Notes: generated by a model not told the origin, from the letters alone. A stretch of 64,000 nucleotides of DNA from an uncultured bacterium (GCA_964538455.1 CAZIDZ010000003.1:46843-110842); one strand, 5' to 3'; shown: positions 37,419 through 46,526, counted from the first letter of the stretch. Program-made: numbers and translations.

Positions 37419-37428
37419 AGGGTTTTAT

Positions 37429-37623
37429 TTATCCTTCCTTGCGAAACATCGATTTGGCAACGCCGCAAATCGGGCAGGTCCAGGTGTCAGGAATGTCGTC
37501 AAAGAGCGTTCCCGGCTCGATATCGGCCTCAAGGTCGCCCAGGGACGGAACATAGACGTACCCGCAGACTACGCAGCGATACCGTGTTTCCCCCGAAAGC
37601 TCACTATTGGCTGGCATCTCCAA
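37429..37623 (-). CDS. rubredoxin
   Basis: Two CxxC knuckles, 'CVVCGYVY' and 'WTCPICGV'. 64 aa. Confidence 0.9.
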   Translation of the reverse strand: MEMPANSELSGETRYRCVVCGYVYVPSLGDLEADIEPGTLFDDIPDTWTCPICGVAKSMFRKEG

Positions 37624-37714
37624 ACCTCACGGAAGCTCTCTCTCGGCGCCATCCTTTTCCTGACGGTTGAAGATAATCACGCGCCTGTGTTGTCGCCCGT
37701 TACGGCTTCATTCG

Positions 37715-39760
37715 TCATTGCCCCGGCAGATGTGCGCTCAGGCTGATCGGCGCGGTCCGTTCGCCGTTTGCGCTCACTGTGAGTGGCAGCCGTACGGAGG
37801 CATTTCCCAGGTAGCAGAGACCCTCGTTGTCCTTGCGGCAGAAGAAGTATTCCGTTTGCAGGGTCAACGAACCGTCGCCGCTCACTTGAACTGGGATGTC
37901 CAGGGGTAGCGATTTCGATGTGTACAGCGTTTTTTCGGTTTTGACGCCGCCCGCAGTCCCGGCGACTGTCACCCGGACGCCGCCCTCCTTGTTCAGTTTG
38001 AAGCCCTCGGGAAAACTGACATCGAACGAGATGACAATCGTGCCTGCGGCTACCTGTGCCGTGTCCAACTCGTTCGCATGGATCGCTTCCGATTCCGCTG
38101 GAGTGGTCGGCATCACGGTCTCCAGCCCTTTCAGCGCTAGTGTCTGAACCGTACCACCGGCGGGATCGATCACTCGAATCAGATGGTTGTTCGTGTCCGC
38201 GATGTAGATCGTCCCATCGGAACCGACGTCCAATCCGCCGGGTTCGTCGAAAGTGGCTTTGGCCAGGGGCCCGTCGGTGTGGCCTTCCGCGCCGGTTCCC
38301 GCGAACGTTTCCGATCGGTACTGCTCAGGGATCACCTTCTTGATCTTATTGTTGTAGGTGTCGGCGACATACACGACTCCGTCATGCCATGCGACGCCCA
38401 GCGGGTGCTGCAGCCTCGCCTTGGTCCGTCCGCCATCCACGTCTCCAAAGTCGAAGAGGCCCTGCCCGACGATCGTCATCACGCCGCCATCCGGGTCAAG
38501 CTCCACGGAGCGAACCGCTGATACCTCACTGTCGGCGATGAACAGCCTTTTCCTGCTGTCTGTTGTCAGGCCGGAGGGTTGGGCGAGGGCCGCCAACAGA
38601 CGCGGGCCGTCGATAATGTCCTCACGCCCGGATCCTGCCCACAGCCCCACTTCCTTCTTCTCCGGATTGTAGTACCAGATCTGGTGCACTCCAGCCATCG
38701 CGATAAAAAGTCTTCCGTCCGCCCACACCAGGTCCCAGGGACTGCTCAGGTCCATCTCCAGCGCTGAGCCTTTGCCGTGTCCGTAGCTGCCCTGCTTTCC
38801 TGTTCCCGCAACGCGCGACACGGTTATTTTATTCAGATCCGCCGCCCGGATCGCGTGGTTCTTCGTGTCCGCGATGTAGAGCGTGTTCCCAACCAATTCC
38901 AGCCCCTGTGGATCGTTCAGCGTGGCGCTCGAAAAAGGACCATCCTCCATGCCCTGTTCGCCGCTGCCGATCACATCGAGCACCTTCGCGGTGGAGCGGC
39001 GTACGACGAGCACCCGGTTGTGTCCTGAATCGCTGATAAATAGCCGGTCGCCCGCTTCGTCCACTCGAATCTTCCCCGGAAATTCGAGCAGCGAGGGAGG
39101 GGCGGTATCCTTTTCGAGTTTCAGCGCCAGCGGCGTCGTGTCCAGTTTGCCGTGTTCTGCGAAACTTCGCGCGAGCTGCCCGATCAACGGATCGAAGTGG
39201 TCCGGCGCGGTTTCTCCCGACTGGGTGTCCACCACGTACCCCTCCGGGTCGATCAGCACCATCGTCGGCCACGCGTGCACGCCGTAGGCCCGCCAGACAG
39301 TGAAGTCCTTGTCGTTCACCACGGGGTGTTCGATCCCGTAACGGAGGATCGCCTCGCGGATGTTTTTCGTATCGCCCTCGTTCTCGAATTTCGCTGAATG
39401 GACACCTACCACCGCGAGGCTGTCCCCGTATTTCTGCTCCAGTCCGTGCAGCTTGGGAATCACGTGGATGCAGTTAATGCAGCAGTAGGTCCAGAAATCG
39501 AGTACAACGACCTTGCCTCGAAGTTGGGCGAGGGAGAGTGGATGATCCGTGTTCAACCAGTCCAGTCCACGCGGAAATTCGGGAGCGCGGACGTCCTGGG
39601 TGTAGGGAAGAGCCATTGAGGACTTTTCTCCCGCTGTGGACAGCCGTGCGTCCGTGGACACGAAAAAGATCCCTGCGAGCATCAGGATCCCAAGTCGGCG
39701 GGGCAGACGCAATTTCCTGCCGCTGTTGATGTCTTGTCGGTTCGAGATGTCCGCTTCCAT
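37715..39760 (-). CDS. secreted/anchored thioredoxin-like + NHL-repeat beta-propeller protein (NHLRC2-like architecture)
   Basis: N-terminal hydrophobic anchor 'LGILMLAGIFFV'. Trx fold with 'VLDFWTYCCINCIH'. Repeated 'GHNRVL', 'IADTKNHAIR', 'VADTYNNKIKKV' and 'IADTNNHLIRVI' NHL blades. C-terminal beta-rich domain. Start placed at ATG 39760. Confidence 0.85.
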   Translation of the reverse strand: MEADISNRQDINSGRKLRLPRRLGILMLAGIFFVSTDARLSTAGEKSSMALPYTQDVRAPEFPRGLDWLNTDHPLSLAQLRGKVVVLDFWTYCCINCIHVIPKLHGLEQKYGDSLAVVGVHSAKFENEGDTKNIREAILRYGIEHPVVNDKDFTVWRAYGVHAWPTMVLIDPEGYVVDTQSGETAPDHFDPLIGQLARSFAEHGKLDTTPLALKLEKDTAPPSLLEFPGKIRVDEAGDRLFISDSGHNRVLVVRRSTAKVLDVIGSGEQGMEDGPFSSATLNDPQGLELVGNTLYIADTKNHAIRAADLNKITVSRVAGTGKQGSYGHGKGSALEMDLSSPWDLVWADGRLFIAMAGVHQIWYYNPEKKEVGLWAGSGREDIIDGPRLLAALAQPSGLTTDSRKRLFIADSEVSAVRSVELDPDGGVMTIVGQGLFDFGDVDGGRTKARLQHPLGVAWHDGVVYVADTYNNKIKKVIPEQYRSETFAGTGAEGHTDGPLAKATFDEPGGLDVGSDGTIYIADTNNHLIRVIDPAGGTVQTLALKGLETVMPTTPAESEAIHANELDTAQVAAGTIVISFDVSFPEGFKLNKEGGVRVTVAGTAGGVKTEKTLYTSKSLPLDIPVQVSGDGSLTLQTEYFFCRKDNEGLCYLGNASVRLPLTVSANGERTAPISLSAHLPGQ

Positions 39761-40024
39761 GCAAACCCCCGATGAAGAAGATGTAGAATACACCGGCCTC
39801 ACAACAGGATGCTGCAGGCAGGATGCCGCGTCAACACGCTCCAGGAGTTCGGGGCTCCGAATATCCAGAAACACGCCGTGCGATTATGTTTGTAACAGCA
39901 TGAGAGACTCGAACCCGAATGAGTTGCAGGTCCGGAATCCCTCTCCGATCGAACGGTTTGTCCACACGTGCAGGGATTGTTTCGAATGTACAGACGTCCC
40001 GGCATCCAGCAGGCGAGGTGAGCG

Positions 40025-40639
40025 ATGAAAAGAAACAGGTGGAGTTTCATTCCCATCCAGGCGATGGTAGCCGTGGTAGCCTTGTTGCTGTCCACACAGA
40101 CGATGATTGCGCAGACAACGGAGGAGAGCGGCATGGCAGGCGAAAAAAGTTATCGTGATTTCCCGTTGCAGACAATCAACGGGGACACAACGTCCCTGAA
40201 GCAGTACGAGGGCAAAGTTGTCCTGATCGTCAACACCGCGAGCAAGTGCGGGTTCACCCCTCAGTACGAAGGGCTGGAGTCGCTGTACGAGAAGTACAAG
40301 GATCGCGGATTCACGATCATTGGCTTCCCCTGCAACGATTTCCACGGCCAGGAGCCGGGGGATAACGCTGAGATCGCCAAGTTCTGCAAGGCGCAGTACG
40401 GCGTCACCTTCCCGATGATGTCGAAGATCCATGTCAAGGGGGACGAACAGGCTCCGCTCTACAAGTACCTCACCGAAGATTCTCCGTTCCCGGGAAAGAT
40501 CACGTGGAATTTCAACAAGTTTCTGCTTGACCGCAGCGGCAACGTGATTGCGCGTTTCGGCACCCGGACCAAGCCGGAAGACCCGAAAGTCATCAGCGCC
40601 CTCGAAACGGCGCTCGGCAGCGAACAGCAGAAGATGTAG
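40025..40639 (+). CDS. glutathione peroxidase family protein with signal peptide
   Basis: '[17 protein letters not shown]', '[13 protein letters not shown]' and 'WNFNKFLL'. ~30-aa N-terminal signal-like segment. Has Cys, not a TGA-encoded Sec. Confidence 0.95.
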   Translation: MKRNRWSFIPIQAMVAVVALLLSTQTMIAQTTEESGMAGEKSYRDFPLQTINGDTTSLKQYEGKVVLIVNTASKCGFTPQYEGLESLYEKYKDRGFTIIGFPCNDFHGQEPGDNAEIAKFCKAQYGVTFPMMSKIHVKGDEQAPLYKYLTEDSPFPGKITWNFNKFLLDRSGNVIARFGTRTKPEDPKVISALETALGSEQQKM

Positions 40640-40706
40640 CTGCGAAAAAATCCAGGCGGTCGGCTTTCGTACAACAACGTAGTTCGAAGGTAGCTTGTTT
40701 GGGCGG

Positions 40707-40741
40707 CCCGATCCCGACAGTTCGGGATCGGGTTTCTGTTT
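40707..40741 (+). terminator. rho-independent terminator after the peroxidase gene
   Basis: Perfect 11-bp stem CCCGATCCCGA/TCGGGATCGGG, loop CAGT, then TTTCTGTTT. Confidence 0.75.
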
Positions 40742-40755
40742 AACGGAAACGTTAC

Positions 40756-41391
40756 CTACGCTTTCTTCGCCGGCTTTGGCATCGTCTTGAACACTTGATC
40801 CCAGAACTGGCTGCTGACCCCGAATCGCTTGTCCGGTTCTACGGCGTGATGACGCATGTGGTGCACGCGCATCGTCTTGAAATAGGCGCCCGGCAGGTTG
40901 GCGTGGTGAGAGGCGTAGTGGAGCAGGTCGTAAAAAACGTACCCGGTCATCATCCCGGCGAAGAACGGGCCAACCCATTCTTTTACGCCGAGGATGACAC
41001 CGATGATCAGGTAGAAAAGTCCGTACATCACCACGGCGGTGGGGATTGCCCCGAGCGGAGGCATCACCAGCCGGGTCTTCACCAGCGGCTGGTCGTGGTG
41101 CACGCCGTGCCCCATATATTGGAACTTCTTCAGCCACGCGTAGCGGAAGGAGCCGTGGAGCAGGAAACGGTGAAGCAGGTACTCGACGAACGTCCACGAA
41201 AGCAGTCCCAGGAGCAGAGCGATCAACCATTGGGTGTGGGTCAGCGGGGAGACGAAGCCCTTCCAGGCGAAGAAAACCACGACCGGCGTCCAGAGTATGA
41301 CCACCCCGGCCGGAGTAAAGTGCGTTAGAGCTTCAAGAACGGGAGATTTGAACAGCCGTACCGGCGGCGCATCGGGCGGCATCGGGCTCAT
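40756..41391 (-). CDS. fatty acid hydroxylase / sterol desaturase superfamily membrane protein
   Basis: His boxes 'HRFLLH', 'HGVHH', 'HYASHH' and 'HHMRHH' in a 4-TM-like protein. Confidence 0.8.
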   Translation of the reverse strand: MSPMPPDAPPVRLFKSPVLEALTHFTPAGVVILWTPVVVFFAWKGFVSPLTHTQWLIALLLGLLSWTFVEYLLHRFLLHGSFRYAWLKKFQYMGHGVHHDQPLVKTRLVMPPLGAIPTAVVMYGLFYLIIGVILGVKEWVGPFFAGMMTGYVFYDLLHYASHHANLPGAYFKTMRVHHMRHHAVEPDKRFGVSSQFWDQVFKTMPKPAKKA

Positions 41392-41478
41392 GATCGCCTC
41401 GCGATTGTTAGGGTGATCAAACGTAGAGCCTTGTGACCCGTTTCAGCAAGTATTCCCTGCGTGACGCTCCAATTGCCG

Positions 41479-41512
41479 AGAGAAAACCCGGACCCTGAGA
41501 AAAGATCCGGGT
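41479..41512 (-). terminator. rho-independent terminator after pntB
   Basis: On the minus strand: ACCCGGA-13 nt loop-TCCGGGT followed by TTTCTCTC, 27 nt after the pntB stop. Confidence 0.65.
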
Positions 41513-41539
41513 GATGGAGTCCTGAGCTGTAGATACCCT

Positions 41540-43111
41540 TCAGCTTTCCTTCACTGCCGCAATAATCTCGTTGAAGGCTTTCTTGCCGTCGTTGAAGAAC
41601 ATCATGGTGTTGTCCATGGCAAACAGCGGATTCGGAATACCGGCAAATCCCGGCGACAGCGAGCGCTTGATCACGATTGTAGTCCTCGCCTTGTCCACGT
41701 TGATGATCGGCATCCCGGCGATCGGGCTGTCCGGATCGGTGCGGGCGACAGGGTTAACCACGTCATTGGCACCGACAACGATTGCGACGTCGATGGTGTC
41801 GATGTTGCTGTTCGACTCCACCTCATCCCAAAGCTTGTCGTAAGGCACGTTCGCTTCGGCGAGCAGCACGTTCATGTGGCCCGGCATACGTCCCGCAACA
41901 GGGTGCACTCCGAAGAAAACCTCGGTAGTGTATTTCTGCTCCAGTAGGTTGGCGAGGTCTCGGACCGCGTGCTGCGCTTGCGAGACCGCCATCCCGTACC
42001 CGGGCACGATCAGCACCCGCTGCGCGGTTTCGAGCATTATCGCGATCTCTTCCGCTGAGGTCACCTTGACGGTCTTGTAAATCTCGTCGGCATCCATCGT
42101 GGACTCGGTCGCGCCCATCGCACCGAACAGTACGTTGGGCAGCGAGCGGTTCATCGCTTTGCACATGATGTTCGTCAGGATCACGCCCGATGCTCCCACC
42201 AGCGAACCGGCGATGATCAGCACGGTGTTGCTGATCACGAAACCGGTCATCGCGGCGGCAATGCCCGAATAGCTGTTCAACAGGGCGATCACGACCGGCA
42301 TGTCCGCGCCTCCGATCGAGAAGGTGAGCAGAATGCCGAGCACCGCCGAAACCCCGATCAGCACCCAGTAGAGCAGCAACGTGTGCTCCGCTGGGACGAC
42401 TTCTGTTCCAGAGAGCTGTACGACGAGCATCACGCCGATGATCAGGGCAATCGCTCCGGAGAGCATTTTCAGCACCTGCATCCCCGGGAATACCGCTCTC
42501 CGGTTCAACGTCAGCAGGCCGGTGAGCACGAACGTGGCAATCACGAGCCAGGAGAGGGGGGCGTAGTCGTAGCTCCGGGCGATGTAGACGCCGATCGCCG
42601 CAACGATCAACGCGAAACCGTACTTGATCACCTTCTGCCATGCGTGCAGCTTCCACTTGACCCCGAGGAACTCCGCCAGCTTGCCGAACGCCACGTAGCT
42701 GCCGAAGAAGGTGACACTGCCGACCAGGCCGGCAAGCACCGTCGCAATCGACATCTGCATGTCGGCGACTTCATGACCTTGGGTCACCTTGACCAGCTCC
42801 GCGGCAGCGACCACCAGCGAGGCTGCGCCGCCGAAACCGTTGAAAATCGCCACCATCTCCGGCATCGCGGTCATCACCACGCGGACCGCGGCCACATACC
42901 CGATCGCTCCACCGATGACAAGGCCGATGAGGATATACTGGTACTGCAGGCCGCTGGCGAGCAGGGTGATCACGACGGCGATGAACATGCCCAGTGCGCT
43001 GGTCAAATTGCCGCGGACGGCGGTGCGCGGATGGGCCATGCCCTTCAATCCGTAGATGAAAAGGACCGACGCGATCGTGTACACGATAGTTTGCAGGCTT
43101 TCAGAAACCAT
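41540..43111 (-). CDS. pntB: NAD(P) transhydrogenase subunit beta
   Basis: Polytopic N-terminal half plus the dIII domain 'IVPGYGMAVSQAQH', 'HPVAGRMPGHMNVLLAEA' and 'VGANDVVNP'. Confidence 0.95.
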   Translation of the reverse strand: MVSESLQTIVYTIASVLFIYGLKGMAHPRTAVRGNLTSALGMFIAVVITLLASGLQYQYILIGLVIGGAIGYVAAVRVVMTAMPEMVAIFNGFGGAASLVVAAAELVKVTQGHEVADMQMSIATVLAGLVGSVTFFGSYVAFGKLAEFLGVKWKLHAWQKVIKYGFALIVAAIGVYIARSYDYAPLSWLVIATFVLTGLLTLNRRAVFPGMQVLKMLSGAIALIIGVMLVVQLSGTEVVPAEHTLLLYWVLIGVSAVLGILLTFSIGGADMPVVIALLNSYSGIAAAMTGFVISNTVLIIAGSLVGASGVILTNIMCKAMNRSLPNVLFGAMGATESTMDADEIYKTVKVTSAEEIAIMLETAQRVLIVPGYGMAVSQAQHAVRDLANLLEQKYTTEVFFGVHPVAGRMPGHMNVLLAEANVPYDKLWDEVESNSNIDTIDVAIVVGANDVVNPVARTDPDSPIAGMPIINVDKARTTIVIKRSLSPGFAGIPNPLFAMDNTMMFFNDGKKAFNEIIAAVKES

Positions 43112-43123
43112 GATCGTCGGTCC

Positions 43124-43402
43124 TTACTTTTTCTTGAACATCTGGAGCATGCGATGGGTGACCAGATAGCCGCCGACCACGTTGATCGTGGCAAAGATCA
43201 TCGCCAGCATGCCGAACAGTTTCGAGAGTTCAGGCTCCTTGATGGTGCCCGCCGCGAAAATGGCGCCGATAATCGTAATCCCCGAGATCGCGTTCGATCC
43301 GGACATCAACGGCGTGTGAAGCGTTGGCGGCACCTTGGTGATCACTTCGAACCCCACGAAGATCGCGAGGACGAAGACCGTCAACAGCATGACGAGGTTC
43401 AT
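43124..43402 (-). CDS. pntA: NAD(P) transhydrogenase subunit alpha part 2 (membrane)
   Basis: 92 aa, three hydrophobic helices, 'HTPLMSGSNAISGI'. Confidence 0.88.
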   Translation of the reverse strand: MNLVMLLTVFVLAIFVGFEVITKVPPTLHTPLMSGSNAISGITIIGAIFAAGTIKEPELSKLFGMLAMIFATINVVGGYLVTHRMLQMFKKK

Positions 43403-43412
43403 CCCTTCTCCT

Positions 43413-44705
43413 TTATCTCTTTTTCGTCTTCTTCTTCGCCGCGGCCTTTTTCGCGGGAGCTTTTTTCACCTTGACCGGCTTTTTCGCGGCCGTCTTTTTT
43501 GCTGCCGCCTTCTTGCTGCCCTTCGACTTCTTTGATGTAAGCGCCTCGATCTGTTCCAGCACCTGGGAGTTGACGATTTCGCCGCCGCTGCTGACAATGC
43601 ACCCTGCGGTGATCTCGTCCTCCATGTTCAGCTCGAGCTTGCCCTCTTTGTCGACGAGGTGCTGGATCAATACCTGCACGTTCTTCGCGTACATCTGGCT
43701 GGCGTGAAAAGCGACGGTGGAGGTGATGTTGTCAGGCCCATAGATGATCACGCCGTTTTTTGTCGTGATCCACTTGCCGTGCTCGGTCAGTTCGCAGTTG
43801 CCGCCCCGTTCGCTGGCGAGATCAATGATCACCGAGCCCGGGTGCATCGCCGCCACCTGACTCTTCGTAACGAGCACGGGCGAGCGCTTCCCCGGGACCG
43901 CAGCGGTGGTGATCACCACATCCGCCTCGGCGACCGCCTTGCCCATCGCCTCGCGCTGCTTTTTCAGGAACTCCTCGCTCTGTTCTTTGGCGTAGCCGCC
44001 TTCTCCCTTGGCCTCGCTGGTGTCCAACTCAACTTCTACGAATTTTCCGCCAAGCGATTCGATCTGCTCCTTGACCTCGGGACGAACGTCGAAGGCGTGA
44101 ACGATCGCGCCGAGACGCTTCGCCGTCGCAATCGCCTGCAACCCGGCAACGCCGGCGCCGATTATGAATACTCTCGCCGGCGCGATCGTGCCCGCCGCGG
44201 TCATCATCATCGGGAACATTTTGGGAAGGATGCTCGCGGCGATCAGGACGGCTTTGTAGCCCGCCACATTTGCCTGCGAGGAGAGCGCGTCCATGGATTG
44301 CGCGCGCGTGATCCGGGGAATGAGCTCCATCGAAAAGCTGGAGGCACCCGTTTTAGCAAGATCCCTGGCTCTTTCCGGGTTTCCGAGCGGGTCCGTGTGG
44401 CCGATGACCACCTGGCCGCCTCTCATCCTCTTCAGGTCGCTCTTCCCGGCGCCGTTGTCACCACCATAGGCGCGAACCTGCGCAATGATGTCCGCCTTCT
44501 TGAAGACGTCCTCGCGTTTTCCGAGAGTCGCGCCCTTCGACGTGTAGGCCTCGTCCGTGAAACCGGCGCTGAGACCGGCCCCCCGCTCGACGAGTACCTT
44601 GAAACCTTTCCGGGTGAGCTGATGCGCGATGTCCGGCACCAGCGCCACACGCTTCTCGCCCGGAAACAGCTCTTTGGGCACTCCGACAATCATGGTGATG
44701 TCCAT
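43413..44705 (-). CDS. pntA: NAD(P) transhydrogenase subunit alpha part 1 (dI) with Lys/Ala-rich C-terminal tail
   Basis: 'VGVPKELFPGEKRVAL' and Rossmann 'IIGAGVAGLQAIATAKRLGA'. The last 39 aa are 'KKSKGSKKAAAKKTAAKKPVKVKKAPAKKAAAKKKTKKR'. Confidence 0.93.
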   Translation of the reverse strand: MDITMIVGVPKELFPGEKRVALVPDIAHQLTRKGFKVLVERGAGLSAGFTDEAYTSKGATLGKREDVFKKADIIAQVRAYGGDNGAGKSDLKRMRGGQVVIGHTDPLGNPERARDLAKTGASSFSMELIPRITRAQSMDALSSQANVAGYKAVLIAASILPKMFPMMMTAAGTIAPARVFIIGAGVAGLQAIATAKRLGAIVHAFDVRPEVKEQIESLGGKFVEVELDTSEAKGEGGYAKEQSEEFLKKQREAMGKAVAEADVVITTAAVPGKRSPVLVTKSQVAAMHPGSVIIDLASERGGNCELTEHGKWITTKNGVIIYGPDNITSTVAFHASQMYAKNVQVLIQHLVDKEGKLELNMEDEITAGCIVSSGGEIVNSQVLEQIEALTSKKSKGSKKAAAKKTAAKKPVKVKKAPAKKAAAKKKTKKR

Positions 44706-45164
44706 TCCCTGTTACGTGTGTTTTCCAGGCTCAGCGATCTCTTCGACTGCAGGCCCGGCCGTTTTTCCCACCAATAGACTGAGGCAACTCTGCTCGCCAA
44801 CGGTGCCGCCGGTCTGTCCGCATCTTTTCATCTTCCGGGGCAGCGCTTTACCGGCATGCACAAAGGACGAATCCATCGCGCCGGCCGGAAATGTGCTGGC
44901 GAAAATAGGTTCCGCCCTCCTCGCAGTCAAGGGTAGGGGAGATGCACCTCCCCGAAGCGAGTGGCGAACGGGAGGGAACGATCCCGTAAACCAAACAATC
45001 ATCGGGGCTCCGGGGGAATGCGAGGGCGGCGCTCGGCAGTTGATGCCGCCTCGTCCGTCTCTGAGAGCAACAGGAGCGGGCAATCCGTCTCAACCGCGCG
45101 TTCATCTAACAGTAAACGGCCAATCATCGATTGGCTGAGTACGTAATTGATAAAGGTGGGGCAC

Positions 45165-45764
45165 ATGGTGCAGGATATTGACACTTTGACTTCATCACAT
45201 TCCGTCGTCAGCGCGGACGCGGTCGTGGAGCTTCTGAGGAGACGCCGCGCCACCCGTGCCATTGATTCCGAACCTCTCCCCGAGGCGGTGATACAGGACC
45301 TCATCGAGGCGATCCGGCTCACACCGTCCTGCGCGAATCGCCAGCCGTGGAGGTTCATTTTCGCGGAAAGCGAAGTGGAAAGAGAACGGATTTCGCAGAC
45401 GTTCACCGGCGGCAATCTGGCCTGGGCGCCGCACGCTGCGCTGATCGTCTGTGGATTCAGCCGTGCCGAGGACGATTGCCGCGATCAGGACGGGAGGGAG
45501 TACCACCAATTCGACCTCGGCATGGCGACGATGAACCTGATGCTCGCCGCGACGAATCATGGGCTCGTGGCGCGTCCGATGGCGGGTTTCAAGCCCGAAC
45601 TGATCCGTGAACTGTACGGCCTCGATCCGGAGGACCAGCCATTTGTCATGGTGTCCATCGGTTGGCCGAGCGACAGCGAGGAGCATGTGCCCGAGAAATA
45701 CAAGGGAAGTGAAAGCAAACCGCGTGTGCGCAAGAGCGCTGACGAGATCGTCCGTAGAATCTGA
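45165..45764 (+). CDS. nitroreductase family protein
   Basis: 'RRATRAIDSEPLPE', 'RLTPSCANRQPWRF'. ATG 45165 is preceded by AAGGTGG; the TTG at 45147 listed in the track is less likely. Confidence 0.85.
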   Translation: MVQDIDTLTSSHSVVSADAVVELLRRRRATRAIDSEPLPEAVIQDLIEAIRLTPSCANRQPWRFIFAESEVERERISQTFTGGNLAWAPHAALIVCGFSRAEDDCRDQDGREYHQFDLGMATMNLMLAATNHGLVARPMAGFKPELIRELYGLDPEDQPFVMVSIGWPSDSEEHVPEKYKGSESKPRVRKSADEIVRRI

Positions 45765-45790
45765 TTCCGTTGCCAATCCGGCGTGTGCCC

Positions 45791-45824
45791 TGTTTGCTTA
45801 GCGAAGCGGGCAAATAGTTTTTTT
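45791..45824 (+). terminator. probable intrinsic terminator after the nitroreductase gene
   Basis: AU-rich stem TGTTTGC...GCAAATA (one G-U pair), inner GCTT/AAGC pairing, followed by TTTTTTT. Confidence 0.5.
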
Positions 45825-45995
45825 CAGTTCGTGCGCAAATAGGTACTGTCCCCAAGAAGATGAGTTTTAGAGGGACTGTCCCTATTTACGTACGTCAGTC
45901 CGATCGTTCGCTCGGTGATTCGGTGTGGCCCGGGACTTCAGTCCCGGATTTCATAGCGCGCAACAAACAATCTGCAAACCGTCCGATTGACTGTT

Positions 45996-46046
45996 GAGCC
46001 AACCGGGCCATCCCCGCTGTTCGAGAGGGAATGGCCCGGTTGGCTC
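45996..46046. repeat. perfect 16-bp inverted repeat (GAGCCAACCGGGCCAT / ATGGCCCGGTTGGCTC) with 19-nt spacer
   Basis: Read directly from the sequence. Lies 49 bp downstream of the minus-strand cytochrome c lipoprotein stop. No flanking U-tract on either strand. Confidence 0.9.
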
Positions 46047-46094
46047 ATGCGGAACGTGAGATGGGATCATGGCGCCCGGTGTTCTCTGCGCCGC

Positions 46095-46526
46095 TCAGTT
46101 GCCGCTGGAGAGGTTCTCCGGCGCCCCGTTGCTGATCCAGTCCTCGATCGCCTGGATGTTGTCGCTGCCGATATTTCCCCCCGGGGGCATTCGTGGAAAA
46201 CCCTGTCCCTTGACGCGACTCAACAGTTCGCTCGCCCCGGGATCGCCCGGCAGCACCACACGATTCCCGTTCGCTGTGACATGGCTGATCACCGAATTAT
46301 AGGACGTAGCGTTGAATCCGCTTTGGGGAGCAGGTCCGCTGTGGCAGGCGCTGCAATAAGCGTTCAGCATCGGCCCGATCGTATGCGTCCAATCGAGCGG
46401 GGAATTCGGATTCACCGAAAAACCGCCATTTGTGGGCCCATTGTTGGAACACCCGGCGATCAGGATGGTGAGCAGCACGATGGTCAGAATCGCGCGTGGA
46501 AGCAGATAACGCAGACTGGGTTCCAT
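46095..46526 (-). CDS. monoheme c-type cytochrome lipoprotein
   Basis: Signal peptide plus lipobox 'LIAGC'. Single 'CSACH' (46341-46355). Downstream 'GFPRMPPGG' could supply a Met axial ligand. Confidence 0.75.
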   Translation of the reverse strand: MEPSLRYLLPRAILTIVLLTILIAGCSNNGPTNGGFSVNPNSPLDWTHTIGPMLNAYCSACHSGPAPQSGFNATSYNSVISHVTANGNRVVLPGDPGASELLSRVKGQGFPRMPPGGNIGSDNIQAIEDWISNGAPENLSSGN

